Both the position numbers and the translations under genes were made by a program. A DNA stretch of 64,000 nt from a virus (taxonomy: Duplodnaviria; Caudoviricetes), in the IMG/VR virus record IMGVR_UViG_3300045596_000094, positions 1 through 64,000 of that record. One strand, given 5' to 3'. Shown piece by piece: positions 8,857-18,031 of the stretch; within the stretch, counting starts at the first letter, position 1, and each line of letters opens with the position of its first letter. Under the pieces are notes generated by a model. That model saw nothing but the letters and a program-made list of their open reading frames with translations, made no database searches and was not told the origin of the DNA.

Positions 8857-10941
8857 ATGGTTGCAATTATAAATCGTGCACTTGGAATATCCGATGTGAA
8901 GGAAGTTGGGGATACCATTGTAATTAGTGGTGCTTCAGGTTCTGCCTTAGCGAGAGATATCAAGAATCTTTGGACAACATCAAAGATTGCAAACAACATG
9001 TTTATTAAGGTTACCTGGTCTCAAGTAATTATCCCTAAGTTCTTTGCCATTGAACTAAAATATATTCTACAAAAACTTTTAGAAGAATATAGCTTACAAA
9101 CCCCGAGACGCCTAATAACTGGAATTCTTCAAGGGTTGGATGAAAATACATGGTTAAGATCTACTATAGATAAACCAGAACCTTGGTTAGATCGAAGTCG
9201 TTTTAGTGAAGTGCGAGTGAAACCCTTACCACACCAAATGGCTTTCTTCGATGTTTATGAAGAACAGAGGGTTCGTTACAACCTAAATGGTTATTTACTG
9301 GCAGCAGCTCCAGGAGCTGGTAAGACTCTGACTTCAATTTACTTAGCCTTGGCGATAAAAGCAACTAAAGTGATTATTGTAAGTCCCAAAGCTGCAATTT
9401 ATGATGTATGGGAAAAGACACTGAATGAATTAATGGTCAAACCGCAAGATCCCTATATCGCAGATCGCGATGGCGCTATTAAACCGAATAAGAAATGGCA
9501 TATCTTCCATTATGAATCTTTAGATAGAGCTGAAGAACTTGCTAAGGTATATGGTGTTCAGGGTGAGAAGGTAATGGTGGTTCTCGATGAATCCCACAAC
9601 ATTAATGATATCAAATCTCTTCGCACACAACGCTTTATAAATGTTGGACGTTATTGTCGTAGTACCGACATTCTTTGGATGTCTGGCACCCCGATTAAAG
9701 CAATGGGTGCTGAAGCGATTCCATTGATTAAATCTATCGACCCGCTATTTTCAGCTGTTGCTGAGGAAGCATTCAGAAAGATCTTTGGTAAAGATGCGAA
9801 GCGTTCATTGGATATTCTTTCACACCGTTTAGGGTTAGTTACGTATAAGGTAGCTAAACAAAACGTCATGGCAGATAAACCGATCGAAACTGCCATACCG
9901 ATTAAAATGCCGAACGGTATGGATTATACCTTAGACTCGCTCGGTAAAAAGATGAAAGCCTTTGTAGATGAGCGGGCACAATACTACATGGATAATCGAG
10001 GAGAGTTCTTAAAAGAATTCTATCGTATTACTGATAGCTATGCAAAAACGCTAAGATCTGATCAAGACAAAGCAGCTTACGATCTCTATTTGAAGAATGT
10101 CACTTATTTATCCAATAAGAAATTTCAATCGGAAGATGTGGAAATTGCGATGGCATGTAACAAATATGAGAAAGAAAAGATTCTTCCTACACTTTCGTCA
10201 ATAGACAAGAAGATCTTCACTAACGTGAAGTCGATTGTTAAATATGTTGATTTAAAGATCCGTGGTGAGGCATTAGGCAATATCTTAACTAAGGAACGCA
10301 TTCAGTGTTTTAAAGACTTAGCCCACGCTGTTGACTTTGAGCAATTGATTAATTCCGTAGAGAAGAAGATGGTGGTGTTCTCGAGTTATGTTGCTGTAGT
10401 GGATGAGACAAGAGATCTTTTAATCAAACAAGGTTTTAGTCCGATTGTGGTTTATGGTGAAACAAACCATGAGCTTCCTCGTATTGTAAAGCGTTTTGGC
10501 GAAGATCCTAAAATCAACCCTCTTATTGCTACGTTCCAATCCCTATCTACAGCTGTACCTCTTACCATGGCAAATGGGGTTACGTTCCTTAATAGCCCAT
10601 GGCGTTCGTATGAGCGCGAACAGGCGATTGCACGTGCTCACCGTATTGGTCAGGATCAACCAGTATTTGTCTACGATGTTCAGCTTGACACGGGAACAGT
10701 GCCAAATATTTCTACTCGTTCAATTGATATTCTTCAATGGTCGAAAGAGCAGGTAGATAAGATTGTAGGTGTTGACGGTTCAGCAAATGTTAGTCTGGAG
10801 TGGAACGGTTTGGATGTTCCTACCGTTGCTGATGTTTCTGATCTAGTGGAAGATGTTGCGTTTGAACCATTCTCAGATATCGGCGATATGTATGCAACTG
10901 GTCGTTTACAGCAGGGCATCACTGTATCGATGGAAAAATAA
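8857..10941 (+). CDS. SNF2-family SF2 helicase
   Basis: Q motif PLPHQ, Walker A APGAGKT, LDESH, SGTP, QAIARAHRIGQ. Confidence 0.9.
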   Translation: MVAIINRALGISDVKEVGDTIVISGASGSALARDIKNLWTTSKIANNMFIKVTWSQVIIPKFFAIELKYILQKLLEEYSLQTPRRLITGILQGLDENTWLRSTIDKPEPWLDRSRFSEVRVKPLPHQMAFFDVYEEQRVRYNLNGYLLAAAPGAGKTLTSIYLALAIKATKVIIVSPKAAIYDVWEKTLNELMVKPQDPYIADRDGAIKPNKKWHIFHYESLDRAEELAKVYGVQGEKVMVVLDESHNINDIKSLRTQRFINVGRYCRSTDILWMSGTPIKAMGAEAIPLIKSIDPLFSAVAEEAFRKIFGKDAKRSLDILSHRLGLVTYKVAKQNVMADKPIETAIPIKMPNGMDYTLDSLGKKMKAFVDERAQYYMDNRGEFLKEFYRITDSYAKTLRSDQDKAAYDLYLKNVTYLSNKKFQSEDVEIAMACNKYEKEKILPTLSSIDKKIFTNVKSIVKYVDLKIRGEALGNILTKERIQCFKDLAHAVDFEQLINSVEKKMVVFSSYVAVVDETRDLLIKQGFSPIVVYGETNHELPRIVKRFGEDPKINPLIATFQSLSTAVPLTMANGVTFLNSPWRSYEREQAIARAHRIGQDQPVFVYDVQLDTGTVPNISTRSIDILQWSKEQVDKIVGVDGSANVSLEWNGLDVPTVADVSDLVEDVAFEPFSDIGDMYATGRLQQGITVSMEK

Positions 10942-10954
10942 AAAGACATAAAGC

Positions 10955-10984
10955 ATAGACTAGAGCCCTAGGGCTCTAGTCTAT
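10955..10984. terminator. bidirectional terminator, perfect 30-bp palindrome
   Basis: ATAGACTAGAGCCCTAGGGCTCTAGTCTAT between convergent genes. Confidence 0.8.
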
Positions 10985-11000
10985 TTGTGTCACAATTATA

Positions 11001-11285
11001 TTACCCTTCATAGGCATCAGTATTAGTGACAATAGCACGCGATAAAGCTTCTTGAATCGTGGTCACTTCCTCGACCTTTACTAGCTCAAACCCGTAATCG
11101 TGTATATGTGAGTATAAATTAAACAGACCACGCATGAAAGCAGTCATATCAAATTCATTATTGTCAACAACCCATGCACGGGTATATCAGTATAGATGTT
11201 TCCCGTACGGTACTATGAACACATACGCAATGACCGTAAACCAGATTATTACGGTTATCATTATAAAGTCTGATGTTAAACGCAT
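11001..11285 (-). pseudogene. 94-codon TM-protein gene with one internal TGA (11187-11189)
   Basis: GAGG RBS; MRLTSDFIMITVIIWFTVIAYVFIVPYGKHLY*YTRAWVVDNNEF...DAYEG* fills the intergenic gap. Confidence 0.6.
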
Positions 11286-11333
11286 AAACACCTCTAAATC
11301 ATCGGATTATCAGTTTTAAATAAAATGAACCCT

Positions 11334-11762
11334 TCATACCGTATCCTTTCTTTCGACAATAAGTTCAATCACCTCATGACCTACACTTGGTTGCAATAAC
11401 TGTTCACGGTCGTCACCCTGACCATTATCGACTAACCCTATTGAAATGGCATCGGCTAAACGGTAATAAAGGTTGACTGCCGACTTCTGCCCAACAGTTT
11501 CTATCGTTAAACTATTAGCCACGACACTATAGTTCGGCTCTTCCGTGGTGGGTTGTTGAAGTGTGAGATTTTCCACCATCACTTGGGCATCTCTGGTCAA
11601 ATACGTCATGGAAAGTTGAATGTTTTCGACACGATCTTCGTTTAGAATGTCTTTATAGCTATCCAGGACAGAACAGGCGACAGCTACCGCTTCTTCGCTA
11701 GTTTTATGTTTGGAATCGGCCATACTGATTACGTCTGTATGGTATTCAATTTCTGCTTTCAT
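11334..11762 (-). CDS. hypothetical protein, paralog family A
   Basis: Aligns with 11800..12228 (LS.TY, LY..LADAI..G). Confidence 0.8.
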   Translation of the reverse strand: MKAEIEYHTDVISMADSKHKTSEEAVAVACSVLDSYKDILNEDRVENIQLSMTYLTRDAQVMVENLTLQQPTTEEPNYSVVANSLTIETVGQKSAVNLYYRLADAISIGLVDNGQGDDREQLLQPSVGHEVIELIVERKDTV

Positions 11763-11799
11763 TTCTTTTCCTTACATCACTATTGGTCTGTTGTGTTGT

Positions 11800-12228
11800 T
11801 TATAACTCTAGAATCACGGTATTTTCACTATCATTTGTATTCGGGGTAATTTCCTGAGTGCGTGGGGTATCTTCTTGATTATCCGAGATACCTACATAGA
11901 TGGCATCAGCTAATTTATTGTACAACTTGTTACCAGCTAACGCATCGCCAGGTTCAGCTACCAGACCATCAGCGATGATGGTGTAATCCACCTTATCATC
12001 TACAGGGCGACAAAGAGCAACGCGTTCTACGGCTACCAATCCTTCTGCATTGGTATAGGTTAATGAAAGTGTAGCATCAGTGGCTTGATCGAATTCAATA
12101 CGCTCCCCTAATTCAGAGATAATATCTTTCATCGCTTCGATAGCATCTTCACGATGCTGATATTTACCCTCCTGATCATGCCCATGGATATCATTAAAGA
12201 ATTTTACATTTACAGTTGTCATTTTCAC
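11800..12228 (-). CDS. hypothetical protein, paralog family A
   Basis: 142 aa tandem paralog. Confidence 0.8.
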   Translation of the reverse strand: MKMTTVNVKFFNDIHGHDQEGKYQHREDAIEAMKDIISELGERIEFDQATDATLSLTYTNAEGLVAVERVALCRPVDDKVDYTIIADGLVAEPGDALAGNKLYNKLADAIYVGISDNQEDTPRTQEITPNTNDSENTVILEL

Positions 12229-12276
12229 ATCCCAGATTTAAATAGAAATTACATTTTCTTTAGTCAGCATTAAAGG

Positions 12277-12480
12277 TTACTTAAGCATTCGGTTAAAATA
12301 ACGACGAATGACGTATTGTCTAACAATACTCCAAATCGTACACGCTATAGTAACAAGAATGGTGGCTGATCCAGGTTTCATGGTGAAGTGTAAAATAGAG
12401 TAGGTAATGATCATACTACCGATCAACCCTACCCCAGTATTTAAACTAATCTCCAACCATGTCATTCGCTTTGATTGCAT
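12277..12480 (-). CDS. small two-TM membrane protein
   Basis: MQSK..T.LE...NT.VG, two hydrophobic helices, SIVR.Y.IRR.FN. Confidence 0.75.
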   Translation of the reverse strand: MQSKRMTWLEISLNTGVGLIGSMIITYSILHFTMKPGSATILVTIACTIWSIVRQYVIRRYFNRMLK

Positions 12481-12781
12481 TGAACTCTTCAGTTAAGTCA
12501 TGAATTACTTGTTCTAAGGTGCGACATTTTTCGTTCACACCTTTCCGTTTACCCTCTTTGATTTCTGCCTTAGAGGGTAGTCTAAATAAAGAGGCATCTG
12601 GCCAGTTTGTCCCTCTAACCATACTGCTTGTTCTGATCTGTTTTCCAGTTTTACCGATGTTGTTTATTTGGTAAAGCCAGCTTTCAGAAACATGTACGGA
12701 TGTTGTTGTGACAAATACACATTTTCTACCTATTAACTTCTTGCGAAGAAATAGGTATAGTTCTGGGTCTAACTCATTCAT
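12446..12781 (-). CDS. hypothetical protein
   Basis: 111 aa ORF, ATGA overlap. Confidence 0.65.
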   Translation of the reverse strand: MNELDPELYLFLRKKLIGRKCVFVTTTSVHVSESWLYQINNIGKTGKQIRTSSMVRGTNWPDASLFRLPSKAEIKEGKRKGVNEKCRTLEQVIHDLTEEFNAIKANDMVGD

Positions 12782-13878
12782 TTAATTACATCTTCAATAA
12801 ATAAAGCGGTTGCAGCCATGCGAGTTATAAGATCTGGTTCAACATTTTCCTCAGGAGTTTCTAACCAGAAAACGGTATGTTCAGGAATACCGTTAGGCAT
12901 ATCGTCTCCGAATACACGGATGTTCACAGGGCCTACTTCGCTATTAATAGGGAGTTTGAAAGTTTCACATGCAGCAGCATAAATCTTTTTGCGCAATTCA
13001 GAAGCTATAATTTCCGGTGTTTCAGATTTATCCTGCTTTCCTTTCAAGTCGGAGAGGAGTCTAGGGTTACTGAAGGTTACAAAGAGATTGCCATCTTCTT
13101 TGAATTTGGCTACGCCAAAGATACTACCGCCAACGGCCATCGGTTCTTCATTGTCATGACTCGCATTAGTGAGTGCTGTCAAGTTATGGGCGAGGTTTTT
13201 TATTTCAGTAATCTTTGGATCCTCGACATTCGCTTCCTGCTCAGCAATTCTAGCTAAAGCTTCTGCTTCTTCCTTTTCAATTGAAGCCACCGCCTTACGA
13301 AAATGTTCTTTAAAATCGTCCGGAATTGGAAATTCGTTCAGATATTCTTCAATGGTCAATTCAGTGACGTCTTCTGGATCAATTCCACGAACCCAGTAGA
13401 TAGGTGCTAAGCGTGCCGATTTACCATCCTCTAGAATATGCGCGCATTCGGCCCAGATTGGTCGATTGCTATTACCCTGCGGTAACCGTGACTCAAGGCT
13501 AACATTTAAACTATTCGGAAAGACATAAAGATTAGAGGTGGTATATTCTTTCTTATCTAAGTCATGAATACCCACATAGTTAACGTTATTGTAACGCAAT
13601 ACTTTCATTTCTGTGCGAGGTTTTAAAAGGAATTCATTCAAAGCAATGAGTGATTCTAAATTTCCATCATTTAAAGGAAGGGTTGACATGATTCCTTCAC
13701 CAATTAAAGAGCGGGCAACTGTGGCATGTGCCTGCAGAGCGTGACTACCATGGAGGTATCCGAAATTGGTACCAGTAGTCAGATGAATGATGCGTGCCAA
13801 TAAAGCATCTTTAATTTCAGGGTTAGTTAAAGCTGTTAAGTATTGAGTCTTAAGGTCATCTAAAAATTGAGTAGACAT
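12778..13878 (-). CDS. hypothetical protein
   Basis: 366 aa ORF, AAGGA RBS. Confidence 0.8.
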   Translation of the reverse strand: MSTQFLDDLKTQYLTALTNPEIKDALLARIIHLTTGTNFGYLHGSHALQAHATVARSLIGEGIMSTLPLNDGNLESLIALNEFLLKPRTEMKVLRYNNVNYVGIHDLDKKEYTTSNLYVFPNSLNVSLESRLPQGNSNRPIWAECAHILEDGKSARLAPIYWVRGIDPEDVTELTIEEYLNEFPIPDDFKEHFRKAVASIEKEEAEALARIAEQEANVEDPKITEIKNLAHNLTALTNASHDNEEPMAVGGSIFGVAKFKEDGNLFVTFSNPRLLSDLKGKQDKSETPEIIASELRKKIYAAACETFKLPINSEVGPVNIRVFGDDMPNGIPEHTVFWLETPEENVEPDLITRMAATALFIEDVIK

Positions 13879-13905
13879 GTGTGTTTCCTTGATTGAGAGA
13901 GTGAA

Positions 13906-14286
13906 TTAATAAAAATCTGCAGGTTTTACGTAAACCTTATCTGGGCAAGGGTCTGCTGAAAACCGAATTCGTCCAGCACGCATTGCATAAGTACATGTTG
14001 GATCTACGTATTCGGGAACCGCCCAATTATAGACTCGTTTAACTTCAATGTAGTCACGGTACTGTGAGGGGTTACGGTTATATTCTTCGGCTGTAATGTA
14101 CGGGTTGAGTATACGTGAGGATGGTGTTTGTTTTCGCGCGTACGGTTGTCCCGGGGAACGAGTTTCCGCTACAACTGCGACTACATCCAAAGCTGTATCC
14201 GCAACAGCCCACCAATCGGTTTTTGCTTCAACTGCGACTGATGACGATAAAGCTAACATTAACAAAGAGGATTTGATAAATTTCAT
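13906..14286 (-). CDS. putative secreted protein
   Basis: Signal peptide MKFIKSSLLMLALSSSVAVEA; first gene after a promoter motif. Confidence 0.75.
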   Translation of the reverse strand: MKFIKSSLLMLALSSSVAVEAKTDWWAVADTALDVVAVVAETRSPGQPYARKQTPSSRILNPYITAEEYNRNPSQYRDYIEVKRVYNWAVPEYVDPTCTYAMRAGRIRFSADPCPDKVYVKPADFY

Positions 14287-14311
14287 ATTGTCTTTCCGAC
14301 GAGATAGTTAA

Positions 14312-14362
14312 AGAGAAGCCGAAGCTTCTCTAGGATTCAGGATAATAATGTATAATCGAAAC
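14312..14362 (-). promoter_or_regulatory. putative early promoter with UUCG leader hairpin
   Basis: TATACATTATTATCCTGAATCC then AGAGAAGC-TTCG-GCTTCTCT; 44 of 45 nt identical to the copy near 26275. Confidence 0.75.
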
Positions 14363-14366
14363 TTTT

Positions 14367-14552
14367 TTATTTACGTTGCCGTTTACGAGCTTGTTTCTGT
14401 AACTTACGTTTGGATTTCGACCCTGGACGTTGTCTACGCAATTCAATGGTATCGGTGAGTTCAAACCCACCTTTACCATTATCTACTGCATAAACGGTTT
14501 CGCCATGTTCACCTCGAAGCGCTGTTACTTTCTTTGGATCACTGATTTGCAT
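14367..14552 (-). CDS. small protein with basic C-terminal tail
   Basis: 61 aa, TAATG coupled; ends KRKLQKQARKRQRK. Confidence 0.7.
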   Translation of the reverse strand: MQISDPKKVTALRGEHGETVYAVDNGKGGFELTDTIELRRQRPGSKSKRKLQKQARKRQRK

Positions 14553-14842
14553 TAGTTCTTTAAGTCCTGTGTAAGTACCGAAATATCATAATAGATTTTA
14601 TCTTCGGTAAAACCGCGTGATAACCATTCGTCTTTTAATGAGTTCATTTCTTTTATAACGAACTCCGGCTTCGATGTTCCGAAAGACTTTTCATACGTTT
14701 CTTTCCCACCATGATCATCAGTGGCGGTGACCAGACAATTATAACTTGCCGTTTTAAATAAAGGGCTGATTACATTATCGACCTTTTCCACTTTCAAGGA
14801 AATAAAAACAATATTACCTTTTAGGTTGCTATCTAAATCCAT
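14552..14842 (-). CDS. hypothetical protein
   Basis: Likely start MDLDSN with GGGGA RBS. Confidence 0.7.
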   Translation of the reverse strand: MDLDSNLKGNIVFISLKVEKVDNVISPLFKTASYNCLVTATDDHGGKETYEKSFGTSKPEFVIKEMNSLKDEWLSRGFTEDKIYYDISVLTQDLKN

Positions 14843-14853
14843 AATTCTTTCCC

Positions 14854-15333
14854 CTATACTGTCGAACGACCCAACACACCAATTAAGATAGGTTGGTATG
14901 AACCTTCCACTGGTAACAATAACCAGTAATAACAAATATCCACTACTTCTGTGGAGTTCAGTAATAGATAATGTACAGTTTTAATACAGCGATCCGCCCA
15001 ACGCGGGTCGTTTGGATTATCGCTAACTGTCATTACTTCAACTGCTTTAGTTGCTGCTTGGAACATCGGATAGTTAAGGATTTCTTCGGCTACGTTCTTA
15101 ACCCCTTTCTTTGGTTTATGGAAAATAGAAGTAGGGATAAAGAACTTATTTGCCGAAACGATATTTTCCTTATCTTTGAAATTAGATGCTAGCTTCATCT
15201 GAACCTGAACGGACTGATAAACCAAAGCTTCGGTCATACTGTCGTCGAGATTGTTGAGGCGTTTCAAAGTTACTGGATCCAGTACTGTGTCTAGCGATAC
15301 AGTATGGACAGAAGACATTAACGTTTGACTCAT
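14854..15333 (-). CDS. hypothetical protein
   Basis: Likely start MSQTLM with AGGA RBS. Confidence 0.65.
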   Translation of the reverse strand: MSQTLMSSVHTVSLDTVLDPVTLKRLNNLDDSMTEALVYQSVQVQMKLASNFKDKENIVSANKFFIPTSIFHKPKKGVKNVAEEILNYPMFQAATKAVEVMTVSDNPNDPRWADRCIKTVHYLLLNSTEVVDICYYWLLLPVEGSYQPILIGVLGRSTV

Positions 15334-15475
15334 CTTTATTTTCCTGGCTATGGTGTCGAAGATATTGATAAAATACGAGAGTATCTTTTTCAAACATCTG
15401 GAGAAGTGTTGCTGTTTCTGCATCGGTTAGCTCCTCTGGAGACTTCGTGAATACAGTTTTCTGTGTTACATTCAT
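15182..15475 (-). CDS. hypothetical protein
   Basis: 97 aa ORF, ATGA-coupled; long 3' overlap with next ORF makes the end uncertain. Confidence 0.45.
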   Translation of the reverse strand: MNVTQKTVFTKSPEELTDAETATLLQMFEKDTLVFYQYLRHHSQENKDESNVNVFCPYCIARHSTGSSNFETPQQSRRQYDRSFGLSVRSGSDEASI

Positions 15476-15702
15476 TTCCGATTTGCCTTACGCGCTTTCT
15501 TTTGTAGAGCGCGTTTACGGTTTTTCACAAGCACAGCTTTCTTTTTGGCTTGTTGGTCTTGATGAAACTGATTCGCCGCTTGTATAAATTGCTCAGCATG
15601 GATGCGTTCAGTACCATCAGCTAAACCATGTTCACCTAAAGCGCGGAGTTCATCGCCGCACTTCAAACGCATTTGTTCAAGGAGAGTGTTGTGATCTTTC
15701 AT
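15472..15702 (-). CDS. small protein with basic C-terminal tail
   Basis: 76 aa, GAGG RBS; ends KRALQKKARKANRK. Confidence 0.75.
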   Translation of the reverse strand: MKDHNTLLEQMRLKCGDELRALGEHGLADGTERIHAEQFIQAANQFHQDQQAKKKAVLVKNRKRALQKKARKANRK

Positions 15703-15729
15703 ATTAGTTCCTCAAAGTGATAGTTAGGA

Positions 15730-15945
15730 TTAATCCCACATATCGGATTCAAATTGTCTATATTCTTTTTCACCCAGATACCAAAGCTGTATCATGACTA
15801 TTATAGCTATAGCTGAAATTAGAAAGAACCACCAACCGATATTTTGATGCGCATAAAAACATCCAATACCGATCAGTGAGCTAAAGAAGAATACTCCTAA
15901 GAATATATAATGACACTTATCCCGCTGTTTTCTATTCAGTTTCAT
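15730..15945 (-). CDS. small two-TM membrane protein
   Basis: Likely start MKLNRK; two hydrophobic segments. Confidence 0.65.
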   Translation of the reverse strand: MKLNRKQRDKCHYIFLGVFFFSSLIGIGCFYAHQNIGWWFFLISAIAIIVMIQLWYLGEKEYRQFESDMWD

Positions 15946-16294
15946 CGGAATGATTCTTCTTAAATTGAGCTGCGAAGTCGTCAATGACTTTACCAATGTA
16001 TGGCGTTGGTGAGAATTCAATTGTCACCTCAGTGGTAACTTGATCGGCAACGACATCCGGTGGTTGGAAACGCATGTCTGTTATCTCACAATCCAGGATG
16101 TCCTTATACATGTCAATATTTACAGGATACCCATTATCACGCATGTTATTAAGTAAGTCACCTACAGTTACAGGTACGATTGGGGTTTTAGGGAGAACCT
16201 GTGTCTGACTCAACCACGTTTCCATCAAATGTTTCAGGGCTCTGAAATTTTCACACGTATCACCTTCAACACATCTTACATTAAAATTTGTCAT
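15932..16294 (-). CDS. hypothetical protein
   Basis: 120 aa ORF, ATGA overlap. Confidence 0.7.
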   Translation of the reverse strand: MTNFNVRCVEGDTCENFRALKHLMETWLSQTQVLPKTPIVPVTVGDLLNNMRDNGYPVNIDMYKDILDCEITDMRFQPPDVVADQVTTEVTIEFSPTPYIGKVIDDFAAQFKKNHSDETE

Positions 16295-16713
16295 TCTTTA
16301 CCCTCTACGATATTAATTAAACCGTAGTTCATTTCATCCTGATCACCGACATTAAGATCGAAAGCAGGCTCTTCAGAACTACCAATGAAATCACCAGAAA
16401 TGTAAAGTTGATTAGCCAGGCGATTAAAGAGACTAATGCCCATCATTGGTTCACGCAACTGCACTTCAGTGCGGGTACCGTAAGTGACATCCGGTTTAGG
16501 GCCAGTTACGTCATTATGGAGAGACATAGTCGTGAGTTTACCAGTACCACTACATGTTACCCAACTCACGTGGGATTGGTGGATATTTTCAGCCAACAGA
16601 TCTTCACGCAAGCGATCGCATATTTCATCCACACGACCTACATCGCTATTATGCAGAATGTAATGAGTTTCTTTTTTCGGCTTTTCATTTGTTTCAAAAG
16701 TATGTTGTTCCAT
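16291..16713 (-). CDS. hypothetical protein, possible distant member of paralog family A
   Basis: LFNRLANQLYI versus LYNKLADAIYV; similar length. Confidence 0.7.
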   Translation of the reverse strand: MEQHTFETNEKPKKETHYILHNSDVGRVDEICDRLREDLLAENIHQSHVSWVTCSGTGKLTTMSLHNDVTGPKPDVTYGTRTEVQLREPMMGISLFNRLANQLYISGDFIGSSEEPAFDLNVGDQDEMNYGLINIVEGKE

Positions 16714-16800
16714 GGGATAATCCTCATTGTTTGGGGTTTCTATAGTTTAGTCTTCTTGTGTAATTAATCACTCGACTAAAATAAAAAGTATAAATAGAAA

Positions 16801-16820
16801 GAGAGTCTCGAAAGACTCTC
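16801..16820 (-). terminator. UUCG hairpin terminator
   Basis: GAGAGTCT-TTCG-AGACTCTC then T-rich tract. Confidence 0.7.
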
Positions 16821-16831
16821 AGTTAATTTAA

Positions 16832-17191
16832 TTATTTAAGTCTGTACGCTACCAGTTCTTCACCAGCGATAGCGATTTTCGATTCGCTGAGTGATGTGGT
16901 CGTAGCAGCGGTAATAGAGCGATAAGCCGTGCTTGCTGTTTCCATATCGCTTTGTAAAACTACAGACAACGCATCACGGCGATCTATTTCATTATCCACA
17001 TTGAGTTCCATGTGATCCACAGTACCGTCATCTAGAATGCGTGTAATGGTTACTGATGCTTTTAATACATCACCCGCATCACACATATCTTTGATAATGG
17101 ACAGTTTACCATTCACATAGTCTTCATCATCTAGAACAATATGTTCAGATAAGCAATCCAATAACTTCATGTCATTAAATTCAGTTGTCAT
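16832..17191 (-). CDS. hypothetical acidic protein
   Basis: Likely start MTTEFN after GGAG/GGA. Confidence 0.7.
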   Translation of the reverse strand: MTTEFNDMKLLDCLSEHIVLDDEDYVNGKLSIIKDMCDAGDVLKASVTITRILDDGTVDHMELNVDNEIDRRDALSVVLQSDMETASTAYRSITAATTTSLSESKIAIAGEELVAYRLK

Positions 17192-17232
17192 TTCTTCCAC
17201 TCCAGTTTTATTGAAACATATATCCGTTCGCC

Positions 17233-17682
17233 TTACCACCAGCTTCTAACTACATAAAGGTCTTTCGCAGCAACGGTACTTTCGTCAGCAGATTGTAAGA
17301 ACTCGACTAACTCATGTACGAGATCTAAGTCACCTTGTTCATTGCGGCGTTTATACGGCTGAGTGTTATCATGGTAAGGCTGTACACGTGCAGTAAATGA
17401 ATCCATACTCATATCAGCAGGAAGCCGATCATCTAAGAAGCAGGCTACATCATTCTGAATCTGTTTCTGAACGTCAATCCATTCACCCACTTTACCGACC
17501 AGCATGTTTGGCTCAAAACGATCCGCCAAATACATCGTGGTCGTTGTACCTCGCATTGAGGTTAAACGAGCTTCAATGACTTCAGCATATTCATCGCTCA
17601 AGATCCAATCTAAATCACCTAAGCATTCTTCATATTTTGGATGATTTTTATTCAAGACATAAATACATGGAGACTGACTCAT
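17233..17682 (-). CDS. hypothetical protein
   Basis: 149 aa ORF, GAGGTG RBS. Confidence 0.75.
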   Translation of the reverse strand: MSQSPCIYVLNKNHPKYEECLGDLDWILSDEYAEVIEARLTSMRGTTTTMYLADRFEPNMLVGKVGEWIDVQKQIQNDVACFLDDRLPADMSMDSFTARVQPYHDNTQPYKRRNEQGDLDLVHELVEFLQSADESTVAAKDLYVVRSWW

Positions 17683-17734
17683 TTTTTCACCTCAGAATAT
17701 AATACCGTTGTTTTCGTTTGTTTCAATCATTTGT

Positions 17735-18031
17735 TTACCAACCCATTACTGTTTGCGTAAATACAACATATACCCATTCGCCTTCCTGCATTTCTGCTTC
17801 ATAAGGACTACCTGAATAGGTGAACCATGTTTTGGTAGGGGGTTTCTCTTTAGAAACCTCATCCAACTTTATGTGAATGGGTTTATCTGTCCAACCCATT
17901 TGCTCGCCGGTAGTGCCGTCTTTGGCATACACACAGCCCCAACACTTTCCGTCTTTTACTAAAGCCCAACCAGAACGTGAGGTATGTAAGTTCACTACTG
18001 GAGAACCTAATGGTTTAATTGTTTCAGACAT
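17735..18031 (-). CDS. Trp-rich hypothetical protein, paralog family B
   Basis: GW...K.GK.WG.VY..DG.....MGW...KEKPPTKTWFTY.G.P......GEWVY shared with 19129..19401. Confidence 0.8.
   Translation of the reverse strand: MSETIKPLGSPVVNLHTSRSGWALVKDGKCWGCVYAKDGTTGEQMGWTDKPIHIKLDEVSKEKPPTKTWFTYSGSPYEAEMQEGEWVYVVFTQTVMGW

Noticed and set aside
11134-11319. 61-aa plus-strand ORF
   Set aside because: Better explained as the shadow of the interrupted minus-strand gene 11001..11285, which has an RBS and matches local gene orientation
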